Source: the human T2T-CHM13v2.0 reference genome, Homo sapiens. Taken from it: DNA of 64,000 nucleotides. The translations under genes and the position numbers were made by a program. Positions 22,991-55,119 of this stretch are shown here, one piece after another (position 1 is the stretch's first letter; each line of letters opens with the position of its first letter). The DNA lies in the NCBI RefSeq assembly GCF_009914755.1, contig NC_060946.1. One strand, given 5' to 3'. Under the pieces are notes generated by a model, which worked only from the letters and a program-made list of their open reading frames with translations, was not told the DNA's origin and did not search any database.

Positions 22991-22999
22991 GGGCACATC

Positions 23000-23425
23000 C
23001 ACTCTATGGAGTTCTCCCTCAAATCCTGTAACCCTAGTCTTATCATGGGCAAGCATCAGACAAACCTAAATTAGGGGACATTCAACAAAATAACTGTTCT
23101 TCAAAAGTGTCAAAGTCACAAAAGACATTGACAGACTGGGGAGTCACCACATATTGGAAGGGAGTAGGAGACACAGAGATTAAATGCCACCTGGTGTCCT
23201 GGGTTGGATGCTGGAACAGAAGCGGGGCATGTGTGGGAGACCTGGGAAATCCAGACGAAGTCTGAAGTTTAGGTAATAGGATTATATCAATATCTGACTC
23301 AGTTTTGACACATCAGCCTGGTTACTGCAGATGTTAAAATCCAGGGAAGCTAGGTGAAGGGTATATGGGAGCTCTGTGCTGTCTTTGCCACTCTCTGTAA
23401 GTCTAAAACCATTTCAAAAGAAAAT
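23000..23425 (+). mobile_element. Ancient L1 3'-end fragment (L1MC/ME-like)
   Basis: Ends GGTGAAGGGTATATGGGAGCTCTGTGCTGTCTTTGCCACTCTCTGTAAGTCTAAAA, typical of old L1M 3' UTRs. Confidence 0.65.
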
Positions 23426-23427
23426 GA

Positions 23428-24440
<1,013 letters not shown>

Positions 24441-24781
24441 CTAACATGTTCTATTTGATAGGAGAGAAAACTGTGGCCCTGGGAGAAGTGGCCCATTACT
24501 AGGCTAGGAGCTGGGTACCAGGAATTGGACCTCATCTAGAGCATGCAGGTGAGGCTTTGCCTCAACCTCCCTCTGACTACCTGAAGCCTCATCTCCCACA
24601 TCCCTCGCTTCCCACAATCAGTGCTGTGCCACATCACACCCCCCACTGTGCCCAGGCTGTTCCCTCTGCCTGTGGTGCCTTTGCCATTCCCTCCCACTAC
24701 ACTCCCCATGTCCATCGTGGCAGGGACTCAATTTATCATGCTCCCTTAGGTAAGCTGACAGGAAGATGCATGCTGGACCCC

Positions 24782-34198
<9,417 letters not shown>

Positions 34199-34325
34199 TC
34201 AGGTGTCCATCCATGTCTCCAAAAAGCCACTTGGCACCAGGAGCAGACAGGAAGGGCAAAGAGGAGCCAGACTGAAGCAGGGCTTCTTAGCTCCCAAGCC
34301 ACACAGGTGGCCACCAGTCAGAGAG

Positions 34326-34328
<3 letters not shown>

Positions 34329-34374
<46 letters not shown>

Positions 34375-34474
34375 TTCTTCAGTTCAGTGTGTGTATGTAT
34401 GTTTCTTCTGCAGCTCAGTGTATGTGTGTATTCCTTCAGCTCAGTATGTGTGTGTGTGTATGTTTCTTCTGCAG

Positions 34475-34516
<42 letters not shown>

Positions 34517-34530
34517 CTTCTGCAGCTCAG
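34329..34530. repeat. Compound (TG)n microsatellite with TTTCTTC(A/T)GCAGCTCAG-like spacers
   Basis: Two long pure TG runs (~34329-34372, ~34476-34514) and shorter ones, separated by a recurring spacer. Confidence 0.95.
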
Positions 34531-35219
34531 GATGCCTCCAACATTTCTGCTGAAGCCTCACCCTCACTCCTGGCCCATCCTGAGGCCTCTACCTAAGATG
34601 CCAATGAGTAGCCCAGACACTGGGGCTCCAGTGTTTGTCACCAGGTGGTACCTGGATGTGGGAGGTAGACAGGCCAGATGGCCAGTTTGGGCAGTGCCCC
34701 CATGCCTATCTGGCCCTGGGTCCCTATGCCACCTTGCTGGGGAGGGTCTTTTCGCTTACACCTCCTCTGAGCCGACTCTGCGCAGTAACACAAATGTGTA
34801 TCAGGCACATCCTTTCCTCAAAAGGTGGATGACCAGTTGGGTGATCAGGGCTGTTAGGGGGCTGAAGGGTCCTGGGGAGTCCAGGTCTAGCCAAGTTGAG
34901 GCCTATCCTGCTGCATTTTCCAGCCACCTGACCCAAATACACCACCTGAACCCACGACCAGGTATGCCCACACCCCATGGGTGGCCTTAACACACACACC
35001 CTGCCCCTTTCTCCAAGTACAGGAGCAGCAGCCCAGACTTCCCTCGGGGCACCGCGGCCTGCTTGGGACTGCACAGTGCCTGGGAGGGTGCCTGGGGAGG
35101 GTCACAAGGGACTTGGTGCTAGAAGCAGGAAAAGTGTAGGGACCGGAAAAGCCCCCGTGCATCCTGGAAGGGACATGGGCCAGTTTGAGCAGGGGTGTGG
35201 GAGTCCAGCCCTGGCCTTG

Positions 35220-37440
35220 CCAGGTGGAGAGGCGCCTGGGCCAGACATCCGCGGCAGGAGGCGGGGGAACATGCCAAGAGGCGGAAGGGGCACGCGGAGA
35301 CCCCCAGGGGGCGCCGGAAGGGGCGCGCCGGGCGGTCGGCGGCGGCCGTTGGCGAGCTGAGGCCTGCCAGGCGAAGTCTGGAGACCAGCCGGGCCGCGGC
35401 CGCAATGGCCAAGGACTCGCCCAGCCCCTTGGGCGCGTCGCCCAAGAAGCCGGGCTGCTCCAGCCCGGCGGCGGCAGTGCTGGAGAACCAGAGGCGGGAG
35501 CTGGAGAAGCTACGGGCGGAGCTGGAGGCGGAGCGGGCAGGCTGGCGGGCGGAACGGCGGCGCTTCGCTGCCCGGGAGCGCCAGCTGCGTGAGGAGGCCG
35601 AGCGGGAGCGGCGGCAGCTGGCTGACCGTCTGCGCTCCAAGTGGGAGGCACAGCGCAGCCGGGAGTTGCGGCAGCTGCAAGAGGAGATGCAGCGGGAACG
35701 CGAGGCCGAGATCCGGCAGCTGCTGCGCTGGAAGGAGGCCGAGCAGCGGCAGCTGCAGCAGCTGCTGCACCGGGAGCGCGATGGCGTGGTGCGCCAAGCC
35801 CGGGAGCTGCAGCGCCAGCTGGCCGAGGAGCTGGTGAACCGCGGCCACTGTAGCCGCCCGGGGGCGTCCGAGGTTTCCGCGGCGCAGTGCCGCTGTCGCC
35901 TGCAGGAAGTGTTGGCGCAGCTTCGCTGGCAGACTGACGGCGAGCAGGCGGCGCGCATCCGCTATCTGCAGGCGGCGCTGGAGGTGGAGCGCCAGCTCTT
36001 CCTCAAGTACATCCTGGCGCACTTCCGCGGGCACCCGGCTTTGTCGGGATCACCGGACCCCCAAGCTGTGCATTCCTTGGAAGAACCGCTGCCCCAGACC
36101 TCCAGCGGCTCTTGCCACGCCCCCAAACCCGCCTGCCAACTCGGATCTCTAGACAGCCTGAGTGCTGAAGTCGGTGTGCGCTCCCGCTCGCTAGGCCTGG
36201 TGTCCTCTGCGTGCTCCAGCTCCCCAGACGGCCTGCTCTCCACGCACGCCAGCTCCCTTGATTGCTTCGCACCTGCGTGTTCCCGCTCGCTTGACAGCAC
36301 CCGGAGCCTCCCCAAGGCCTCCAAATCCGAGGAGCGGCCCTCCTCACCAGACACCTCCACCCCTGGCTCCCGGAGGCTCTCGCCGCCACCATCGCCACTC
36401 CCGCCGCCACCACCACCGTCAGCCCACAGGAAACTCAGCAACCCGCGGGGAGGAGAAGGCTCTGAGAGCCAGCCCTGCGAAGTCCTGACTCCCTCACCCC
36501 CGGGCCTGGGCCACCACGAGCTGATAAAGCTGAACTGGCTGCTGGCCAAGGCGTTGTGGGTGCTGGCGCGCCGCTGTTATACCCTGCAAGAGGAGAATAA
36601 GCAGCTGCGGCGTGCAGGCTGCCCCTACCAGGCAGACGAGAAGGTGAAGCGGCTCAAGGTAAAGCGCGCGGAGCTGACCGGGCTCGCGCGGCGCCTAGCT
36701 GACCGCGCCCGCGAGCTGCAGGAGACCAACCTCCGGGCCGTGAGCGCGCCTATACCCGGCGAGAGTTGCGCCGGCCTGGAGCTGTGCCAAGTCTTTGCCC
36801 GCCAGCGCGCTCGGGACCTGTCGGAGCAGGCGAGCGCGCCGCTGGCCAAGGACAAGCAGATCGAAGAGCTGCGGCAGGAGTGCCACCTCCTGCAGGCGCG
36901 TGTCGCCTCGGGTCCCTGCAGCGACCTGCATACTGGAAGGGGCGGCCCCTGCACCCAGTGGCTCAACGTCAGAGACTTAGACCGCCTGCAGCGCGAGTCC
37001 CAGCGGGAAGTGCTGCGCCTGCAGAGGCAGTTGATGCTTCAGCAGGGCAACGGTGGCGCTTGGCCCGAGGCGGGCGGCCAGAGCGCAACCTGCGAGGAGG
37101 TGCGACGGCAGATGCTGGCGCTGGAGCGCGAGCTGGACCAGCGGCGGCGCGAGTGCCAGGAGCTGGGCGCGCAGGCGGCCCCGGCGCGGCGACGTGGCGA
37201 GGAGGCCGAGACACAGCTGCAGGCGGCGCTGCTCAAAAACGCCTGGCTGGCGGAGGAGAATGGGCGGCTGCAGGCCAAGACCGACTGGGTGCGGAAGGTG
37301 GAGGCTGAGAATAGCGAAGTGCGCGGCCACCTGGGCCGCGCGTGTCAAGAGCGCGATGCCTCCGGCTTGATCGCCGAACAGCTGCTGCAGCAGGCGGCGC
37401 GCGGGCAGGACAGGCAGCAGCAGCTGCAACGCGACCCGCA
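35220..37440. promoter_or_regulatory. CpG island over the RIMBP3 start and 5' coding region
   Basis: High CpG density that drops sharply after ~37450. Confidence 0.8.
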
Positions 37441-40324
37441 GAAGGCCCTGTGTGACCTCCATCCTTCCTGGAAGGAGATACAGGCGCTCCAGTGTCGGCC
37501 TGGTCACCCTCCTGAACAGCCCTGGGAGACCAGTCAAATGCCGGAGTCCCAAGTTAAAGGTAGCAGAAGGCCCAAGTTCCACGCACGGCCTGAAGACTAC
37601 GCAGTGTCACAGCCCAACAGAGACATACAGGAGAAAAGGGAAGCCTCCCTCGAGGAGAGCCCAGTTGCCCTTGGGGAGTCAGCCAGTGTCCCCCAAGTTT
37701 CAGAGACAGTCCCTGCCAGCCAACCTCTGTCCAAGAAAACCAGCTCCCAGTCAAACTCCTCCTCTGAGGGGTCGATGTGGGCCACCGTGCCGTCCTCCCC
37801 TACTCTGGACAGGGACACAGCCAGTGAGGTGGATGACCTGGAGCCTGACAGCGTGTCCCTGGCCCTGGAAATGGGGGGCTCGGCGGCTCCTGCTGCCCCC
37901 AAGCTCAAGATCTTCATGGCTCAGTATAACTACAACCCATTTGAGGGGCCCAATGATCACCCTGAGGGTGAGCTGCCCCTCACAGCTGGGGACTACATAT
38001 ATATCTTCGGGGACATGGATGAGGATGGCTTCTATGAGGGGGAGCTTGAGGATGGCCGGCGGGGGCTGGTGCCCTCCAACTTCGTGGAGCAGATTCCGGA
38101 CAGCTACATCCCAGGCTGCCTGCCTGCCAAATCCCCTGATCTTGGCCCCAGTCAACTCCCAGCGGGGCAGGATGAAGCTCTGGAGGAAGACAGCTTATTA
38201 TCTGGGAAAGCCCAGGGAGTGGTGGACAGAGGGCTGTGCCAGATGGTCAGGGTGGGCTCCAAGACAGAAGTAGCAACAGAGATCCTGGATACCAAGACGG
38301 AAGCCTGCCAGCTGGGCTTGCTGCAGAGCATGGGGAAGCAGGGCCTCTCCAGACCCCTTCTGGGGACCAAAGGGGTGCTCCGTATGGCTCCCATGCAGCT
38401 ACACCTGCAGAATGTCACAGCCACATCAGCCAACATCACCTGGGTCTACAGCAGCCACCGCCACCCCCATGTGGTATATCTTGATGACCGAGAGCATGCC
38501 CTGACCCCAGCGGGCGTGAGCTGCTACACCTTCCAGGGCCTGTGCCCCGGCACGCACTACCGGGCGCGGGTGGAGGTGCGGCTGCCACGGGACTTGCTGC
38601 AGGTGTATTGGGGAACTATGTCCTCCACCGTCACCTTCGACACACTCTTGGCAGGACCTCCCTACCCACCGCTGGATGTGCTGGTGGAGCGCCATGCCTC
38701 GCCAGGTGTCCTGGTGGTCAGCTGGCTCCCTGTGACCATTGACTCAGCTGGGTCCTCCAATGGAGTCCAGGTCACCGGTTATGCTGTGTATGCAGATGGG
38801 CTTAAGGTTTGTGAGGTCGCCGATGCCACTGCTGGGAGCACCCTATTGGAATTCTCCCAGCTACAGGTGCCCCTCACGTGGCAGAAGGTCTCAGTGAGAA
38901 CCATGTCACTCTGTGGTGAGTCCCTGGATTCAGTGCCTGCTCAGATCCCCGAGGACTTCTTCATGTGTCACCGATGGCCAGAGACTCCACCCTTTAGCTA
39001 CACTTGTGGCGACCCATCCACCTACAGAGTCACCTTCCCCGTCTGCCCCCAGAAGCTGTCACTGGCTCCTCCGAGTGCCAAGGCCAGCCCCCACAACCCT
39101 GGAAGCTGCGGGGAGCCCCAGGCCAAGTTCCTAGAAGCATTCTTTGAAGAACCCCCAAGGAGGCAATCCCCAGTGTCCAACCTGGGCTCAGAAGGAGAAT
39201 GTCCGAGTTCAGGGGCTGGCAGCCAAGCCCAGGAGCTTGCAGAGGCCTGGGAGGGCTGTAGAAAGGACCTGCTCTTTCAGAAGAGTCCCCAGAACCACAG
39301 GCCACCTTCAGTCAGTGACCAGACTGGGGAGAAGGAAAATTGCTACCAGCACATGGGCACCAGCAAAAGCCCTGCTCCAGGATTCATCCATCTACGCACC
39401 GAGTGTGGGCCCAGGAAAGAACCGTGTCAGGAAAAGGCTGCCCTTGAGAGGGTACTTCGGCAAAAGCAAGATGCCCAAGGGTTCACACCTCCCCAGCTGG
39501 GTGCCAGCCAACAGTATGCATCTGACTTCCATAACGTTTTGAAGGAGGAGCAGGAGGCACTGTGCTTGGATCTGTGGGGCACAGAGAGGCGAGAGGAGAG
39601 GAGGGAGCCTGAGCCCCACAGCAGGCAAGGACAAGCTCTGGGGGTCAAGAGAGGGTGCCAGCTCCATGAGCCCAGCTCGGCACTGTGTCCAGCTCCATCC
39701 GCCAAAGTCATCAAGATGCCCAGGGGTGGCCCCCAACAGCTGGGGACGGGGGCCAACACTCCAGCCAGGGTCTTTGTGGCCCTCTCTGATTACAACCCCC
39801 TGGTGATGTCTGCCAACCTCAAGGCTGCAGAGGAGGAGCTGGTCTTCCAGAAAAGGCAGTTGCTAAGAGTGTGGGGCTCTCAGGACACCCATGATTTCTA
39901 CCTCAGCGAGTGCAACAGGCAAGTGGGCAATATCCCCGGGCGCCTAGTGGCTGAGATGGAGGTGGGGACAGAGCAGACTGATAGGAGGTGGCGTTCTCCG
40001 GCCCAAGGGCACCTGCCTTCTGTGGCCCACCTCGAGGACTTTCAGGGGCTCACCATCCCCCAGGGTTCCTCCCTGGTGCTCCAGGGGAACTCCAAGAGAC
40101 TCCCACTGTGGACTCCAAAGATCATGATAGCAGCTCTGGACTATGATCCTGGGGATGGGCAAATGGGGGGCCAGGGGAAGGGCAGGCTGGCGCTGAGGGC
40201 AGGAGACGTGGTCATGGTTTACGGGCCCATGGATGACCAAGGATTCTATTATGGAGAGTTGGGCGGCCACAGGGGCCTGGTTCCTGCCCACCTGCTGGAT
40301 CACATGTCCCTCCATGGACACTGA
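35405..40324 (+). CDS. RIMBP3B: RIMS-binding protein 3 family, 1639 aa, single exon: coiled coils, SH3, 2x FN3, 2x SH3
   Basis: The first in-frame ATG at 35405 (GCCGCAATGG) gives [16 protein letters not shown]...[12 protein letters not shown]3-1 ([47 protein letters not shown]) lies at ~37900-38100, the FN3 repeats at ~38385-38950, and two more SH3s at ~39760-39960 and ~40110-40310. The family call is secure. RIMBP3B versus RIMBP3 is inferred from orientation and neighbours. Confidence 0.95.
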   Translation: MAKDSPSPLGASPKKPGCSSPAAAVLENQRRELEKLRAELEAERAGWRAERRRFAARERQLREEAERERRQLADRLRSKWEAQRSRELRQLQEEMQREREAEIRQLLRWKEAEQRQLQQLLHRERDGVVRQARELQRQLAEELVNRGHCSRPGASEVSAAQCRCRLQEVLAQLRWQTDGEQAARIRYLQAALEVERQLFLKYILAHFRGHPALSGSPDPQAVHSLEEPLPQTSSGSCHAPKPACQLGSLDSLSAEVGVRSRSLGLVSSACSSSPDGLLSTHASSLDCFAPACSRSLDSTRSLPKASKSEERPSSPDTSTPGSRRLSPPPSPLPPPPPPSAHRKLSNPRGGEGSESQPCEVLTPSPPGLGHHELIKLNWLLAKALWVLARRCYTLQEENKQLRRAGCPYQADEKVKRLKVKRAELTGLARRLADRARELQETNLRAVSAPIPGESCAGLELCQVFARQRARDLSEQASAPLAKDKQIEELRQECHLLQARVASGPCSDLHTGRGGPCTQWLNVRDLDRLQRESQREVLRLQRQLMLQQGNGGAWPEAGGQSATCEEVRRQMLALERELDQRRRECQELGAQAAPARRRGEEAETQLQAALLKNAWLAEENGRLQAKTDWVRKVEAENSEVRGHLGRACQERDASGLIAEQLLQQAARGQDRQQQLQRDPQKALCDLHPSWKEIQALQCRPGHPPEQPWETSQMPESQVKGSRRPKFHARPEDYAVSQPNRDIQEKREASLEESPVALGESASVPQVSETVPASQPLSKKTSSQSNSSSEGSMWATVPSSPTLDRDTASEVDDLEPDSVSLALEMGGSAAPAAPKLKIFMAQYNYNPFEGPNDHPEGELPLTAGDYIYIFGDMDEDGFYEGELEDGRRGLVPSNFVEQIPDSYIPGCLPAKSPDLGPSQLPAGQDEALEEDSLLSGKAQGVVDRGLCQMVRVGSKTEVATEILDTKTEACQLGLLQSMGKQGLSRPLLGTKGVLRMAPMQLHLQNVTATSANITWVYSSHRHPHVVYLDDREHALTPAGVSCYTFQGLCPGTHYRARVEVRLPRDLLQVYWGTMSSTVTFDTLLAGPPYPPLDVLVERHASPGVLVVSWLPVTIDSAGSSNGVQVTGYAVYADGLKVCEVADATAGSTLLEFSQLQVPLTWQKVSVRTMSLCGESLDSVPAQIPEDFFMCHRWPETPPFSYTCGDPSTYRVTFPVCPQKLSLAPPSAKASPHNPGSCGEPQAKFLEAFFEEPPRRQSPVSNLGSEGECPSSGAGSQAQELAEAWEGCRKDLLFQKSPQNHRPPSVSDQTGEKENCYQHMGTSKSPAPGFIHLRTECGPRKEPCQEKAALERVLRQKQDAQGFTPPQLGASQQYASDFHNVLKEEQEALCLDLWGTERREERREPEPHSRQGQALGVKRGCQLHEPSSALCPAPSAKVIKMPRGGPQQLGTGANTPARVFVALSDYNPLVMSANLKAAEEELVFQKRQLLRVWGSQDTHDFYLSECNRQVGNIPGRLVAEMEVGTEQTDRRWRSPAQGHLPSVAHLEDFQGLTIPQGSSLVLQGNSKRLPLWTPKIMIAALDYDPGDGQMGGQGKGRLALRAGDVVMVYGPMDDQGFYYGELGGHRGLVPAHLLDHMSLHGH

Positions 40325-40736
40325 GCAAGCATCCTTGCCCAGGTAGTGGCCTCTGGCTGCTCACACCCTGCCAGAGGAGAAGCAAGCGTTCAGACCCTCA
40401 CACCAGCACCCCTCCTCACCACCATAAGTAGCATGTGCTCCAAGTGCCACTGTGTTAAACTGATGGTAGTCCTTAAGTGTCCCCTAGGCTCTGAAAGTAG
40501 CAGGACTTAAGCCTGAGTTATTTGCAAAAGCAAACACAACAAGCCAACCCCTGAGAGTCTGAGAAGCCATTTCAAAGTTGCTGATAACTATGGCAGGTAT
40601 ACGGAGAAGCGCCTTTTTCTGTGGCCAATGTGTGTTTTCTCTGGGAGGTTAAGGTTATCTGTCCATTGCCTTGTACGAAAGTCTCAAGAAAAGTCTACAT
40701 CTTAAAAAAGAAAAAGCAATCTGAGTGTTATTTTTG

Positions 40737-40974
40737 GGATGTGAGGGTGATCTGGCTGCGACATGTGTCACCCCATTGATCATCAGGGTTGATTCGGCTG
40801 ATCTGGCTGACTAGGCGGGTATCCCCTTCCTCCCTCACCACTCCATGTGCGTCCCTCCAGAAGCTGTGTGCTCAATGGAAGAGGATGACCATCCCCGATA
40901 GAGGACGATCGGTCTTCAGTCAAGAGTATAAGAGTAGCTGCGCTCCCCTGCTAGAACCTCCAAACGAGCTCTCA
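40737..40974 (+). pseudogene. 7SK snRNA retropseudogene, 3'-truncated (first ~240 nt), no poly(A) tail
   Basis: GGATGTGAGGGTGATCTGGCTGCGACAT...CTAGAACCTCCAAACGAGCTCTCA matches 7SK. It is flanked by GAGTGTTATTTTT (40723-40735) and GAATGTTATTTTT (40975-40987). Confidence 0.95.
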
Positions 40975-41008
40975 GAATGTTATTTTTCTGTCCTATGTCC
41001 AACCCCTC

Positions 41009-41014
41009 ATTAAA
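41009..41014 (+). promoter_or_regulatory. Candidate RIMBP3 poly(A) signal ATTAAA
   Basis: It is the first AATAAA/ATTAAA hexamer I could find after the stop at 40324. Confidence 0.55.
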
Positions 41015-41162
41015 ATGTTCATAGAAAAAACATATTTTAGAAGTTGAAGCACAACCAAGGAAACATGAGCCTGGCTTTCCTCCCTCTCACTTCTGCGCAC
41101 TGGGTCCGCAAGGGCTACAGAAATGTTTTCCTGGCTGAGGAAGGGAGGGTGCACCCTTCTGC

Positions 41163-41545
41163 TTTTTTTTTCCTGGCTGCAGTCTATTCCCAGAACACAT
41201 TCCATCACATGGTTCCCAGAACTCAGATTGTGCGGTGGCCACGTCATCATTGGCTGGGGCTCACAGTCACAGCAGCAGAGGCCTCCCTAAACCTCCCTCT
41301 CCTCTAGCCCCACCCGCTGTCCCCTGCTCCTCATGCCCCCATGCTGTGTCCCCTGGCCTCACTTCCGTTGCCATGTTTTCATAATCCTCTCAGGCTCTGG
41401 GCAGCAGCGCTGCCCACAGTAGGACCAGATCATGTAAGGAAAATACTGCAGGCTCATCTTGGGGCTGCACTGGGGACCTGAGAACACCTTATCCTACTGT
41501 ACCTGCGGCACCTCATCTGACACCAGCTTCTCTGCTTTGCCCAAG
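41163..41545 (-). pseudogene. SCARNA17 (mgU12-22/U4-8 composite C/D scaRNA) retrocopy with a short A tail
   Basis: The minus strand reads GATGAGCCTGCAGTATTTTCCTTACATGATC...GCCTGAGAGGATTATGAAAAC...ATGATGACGTGGCCACCGCACAATCTGAGTTCTGGGAACC...A9, collinear with the recalled SCARNA17. The 5' boundary is approximate. Confidence 0.85.
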
Positions 41546-41754
41546 GTCCCTAGGCCCTGAATGCTTACTTTTTAAGGTCAGCCTGGCTCAGGATATGCTA
41601 GTTTGGCTGCAGAGGGTCCTACTAAGAGCCAGGACTGAGGAGCAAGGCCCAAAAAACTCCTCTGGGCCACATCTTCCCCGAGGGCATCCCCGCAGGGAGG
41701 CCGTGTGCTGCTGAGCCCTTTGCTAGGAGTGGGTAGTCAGTGTCTCCCACATGA

Positions 41755-51380
<9,626 letters not shown>

Positions 51381-52375
51381 TTCAAGCCACTGCACCTGAT
51401 CGTGTGTTTTGGGCAACTCTGGGAGCAGTGGCACAGGAAAGAAGAAAGGGACTGGGGACAGGTGCCAACCCATCAGCTGGTGTGGACCTCCTCCCCCTGG
51501 GAGGGTTACAAGTCCAGGGAGGAGGACCTCATGCTGCCGCCAGGGGGCAGCCTAGGTGCACTTAAGGGTCATTCTCCAGGGGCTGCACACCTGGCAGAGC
51601 TGCCTGGGCCACACCTGCCTGCCCAGTGTAAGGGGGAATAGGAAATACTGTATCTTTTTGACCAAGCAGGCCTGGAATCCACACCCCACCCGACCAGCCC
51701 CATTCTCTCCCTCCCTTCTCCCCAGAGCACCCTAGGCAGCCCACCCCCCACATAACCGAGAGGGGCTGTCCTTCCAGGGGAGCAGGGACCAGTGTCAGGC
51801 CCGGTCATTCTGACACCCACCCACAGAAAGATCTCCTTCTTCACCCCTCTGGCAGCCCTGCTCCCCTAAATCCTCAACTTCAGAGGCCATGGGCAGTTTT
51901 AAAGAAGCATAAGGCTGGAGAGGCAGGGCCACAGAGCCACTGGGCTCCAGAACCCAGTCACTGGATCCAAATGCCAGCCTGCTCACAGACAGCTGCAAGA
52001 CCTCTCTGAGCCTCATGTTCCCAGACTGTGGCAGAACTGGTTTTGTTTTGAGCAGGTCAGGTGTGCAGAACACTTGGCCTGGTGTCAGGACCCCGAGAAA
52101 GACCCAGACAGCTGATGAGAAGGGGGGCGTCATGGCTTGTGCCTGCAATCCCAGCTACGGCAGAGGCAGAGAGGGGAGGATCACTTGCGACCAGGAGTTC
52201 GAGACAAGCCTAGGCAACATGGTGAGACTCTGTCTCTACAAAAAAAATTTAAAACAGGCCGGGCGCGGTGGCTCACGCCTGTAATCCCGGCACTTTGGGA
52301 GGCCGAGGCGGGTGGATCACCAAGTCAGGAGATGGAGACCATCCTGGCCAACACGGTGAAACCCCGTCTCTACTA

Positions 52376-52690
<315 letters not shown>

Positions 52691-55119
52691 CTAGCAAGTT
52701 GGCAGGCTGCTGGGGGGTAGGGGTGGGCTGGGAAGGAGGTGGATGCCTGGCTGTGGCCTGCACCAGGCCCCTTCCCTGACTGACTGCACGACCTGGAGGC
52801 CCAAAACCTGTCCAGTCCAGACCTGCCCAGGAGGGGAACGAGCGGGGATGGGCAGCCCAGCCGGCCCGAAGGCAGAGGAGCCTAACGAGTGGGCGAAGGG
52901 GCGGTGTCCGGAGAGTTCTGGTGCAAGGGTCACTAAGCCTGTCCAGGCCCCATCCACCCCTGCCCAGGCGCCTCTGGCCCATCTGCCCCCTCCACCTCTA
53001 GCTGACCTGCCCCCTCTCGCTCACTGCGGCTATGGATTTTGAAAGCATGAGGCTAACTGATCAATTTCAGAGTCATTGTAAAAAATCTGGAGAAGATTTC
53101 ACAAGAACACGATATGAAAGATACGACTTTTTAAAAGCTCAGAGATATCTCTGCAGCCTATTTTAAGCTCATTCCACCTTCTGGTCACACCCTACTCTCC
53201 CTGTCTCACTACTGGGGTGGTTGAATTTGGAGGCTGGGTGGGGTGTGCAGGAGGTCAGGTGTTCCATCTGAGGCGGAACAAGATGGGCCAACTCTAGTCT
53301 TGTGAAACAAAGCACATTGCCAGGTGGAGCTGGCTCCAGGAACCTAGGCACAGAGGGTTCCACACACGGTGGCATTGCTGACACCGCAGCCGGCCGCACA
53401 GGTCCTGCCAGCCTCCAGGCTCAGCCCCACCTGTCCCTGTCTTCGGTGCTGGGTGGGGTCTATAATGGGTTGTTCCCCCAGGCTGGAATGCTCTGTTTGG
53501 AAGATCTCCTAAACATCCCCCGCCCACAGGGCCCATCCACCCTCCCCATAAAGCCCTAGCCCTCACTATCTATATCTGATATCCACAGGCTTCTGTGCCG
53601 TCTTTTTGCCCTTTCACGGGGTCCCTAGAAGCCCCAGTAAATCCTCCTGTCACTGACGGCCTGGCTGGTTGTACCTACCTTGGTGGAACTCCAGGACCTG
53701 GGCCTCAGTCTTAGGGTTGCCACGGTGCACAGCCTCTTGGTCAGGGTGCTTTGGGTCGAAGGTGCCCTCCTGAGGGCAAAGTACCTTCCTGCCCGGCCTG
53801 AGAATGGAGTGGGGGCTGAATGTGAACCCTGGCCCACTCACTTCTCAGTTGAGAGACCTCAGGCAGTTCCTTTGTTTTTTGACTTTCAGCCTCAATTTCC
53901 TCTTCCCTAAAATTGGCCTTCCAGCTGCCCTGTGCCTACAGCCAGCTCACTCCCAGGTATCCTTTGAAAGCACCCTCCACCACCTCTTGCAGGCAGCCTT
54001 CCCCATTCTCCCCTCCCTTACAGGATTTAGCTACCCCTCCCACGTGCTCGGACAGCCCTTAGGCATAATCCCAAAACGCACCCAGGAATTACTCATTCAT
54101 CCTGCTACCTCTCCCTTCAGACTGTCTTACTCCACCCTGCACCCTGAATGCAGGTACCTGGACCTGGCATGGACCAGGCAACGGGATTTGTGGACTAACC
54201 CATTTCCAACTTAGGAAAGGCACCAACCAGCTCGTGAATGAGAAGCACTAGACTGAGGCTCTCAGCGGCCATACTTCCCCTGGAAAACTGACCTTTCCTG
54301 AGCTCACATATTGCTCAGCACAGCATACCCAGCTAGTTTAATTATTTCCCCCTTTTACATAGGGAATAACTCAGATTTGGAGAGGGGTGTGGTCATTTAG
54401 CAGGTTGGGGGCAGAGCTGGGGGCCCGAACCCAGGTGTGTCCCTTTGACCAATGCCCTTATCTATAGGATTCCTTCCCCCACCCTGGGGCAGGGCCTGGG
54501 TCTAGGGAGGAGGCCAGAGGGAGAGATAGGAATTCAAATTGGTGGTGCTGGTGGTGGGGGAAGGCGAGGCCCTGGGAGTGGCCAGCACTCAGGGCTTGGG
54601 CAACATGGTGCTCTGCAGAGCCACTGGGTGGGGGGAACAGCAGGGGCAGGCACAGACCTGCTGAGTCAGAGACGCCGCAGGGACTCCAGGGGGAGATGTT
54701 TGGCAGATGGCTGTGGGCTGGGGCCCGGCAAAAGCACCACAGGGTGGTGGGTCAAGGAGTAGAATTGGGTGCTGAGGCCCTAGCCAGGACCAGGGGATGT
54801 AAGAAGGAGGAGGCCTTGGAGAGGGCAGGGGGCAACGTTTTCCAGAAGGAGGGAGTGGTCAGTCTCCACAAGGTCAGGCGAGATAAGCGCTACTGCACCC
54901 AGCCTCCCTCATGACTGTGACCAGAGGCTGTTGCCCCAGCTCAGGGGCTTCCTAGCATCTTGGCCATGAGGGATATGTGTAGCCCCCGCCCCACCCCCCG
55001 CCATCTGAGGCCCTGCTGGGCCCTGGTGATGGAGGAAGGCTCCCCAGAGAAAACTAGGAAGATAAAGTTTGCAAATTCCATGCCATTAGGCCTTGGTCCA
55101 CTCCCACCCTCTTTTTTAT

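Noticed and set aside
35195-35404. 1709-aa ORF start from the ORF track
   Set aside because: It starts at GTG. The first ATG (35405) has good Kozak context and gives the expected 1639 aa.
34887-40321. Antisense and alternative-frame ORFs over RIMBP3 (up to 279 aa)
   Set aside because: Shadows of a GC-rich coding sequence.
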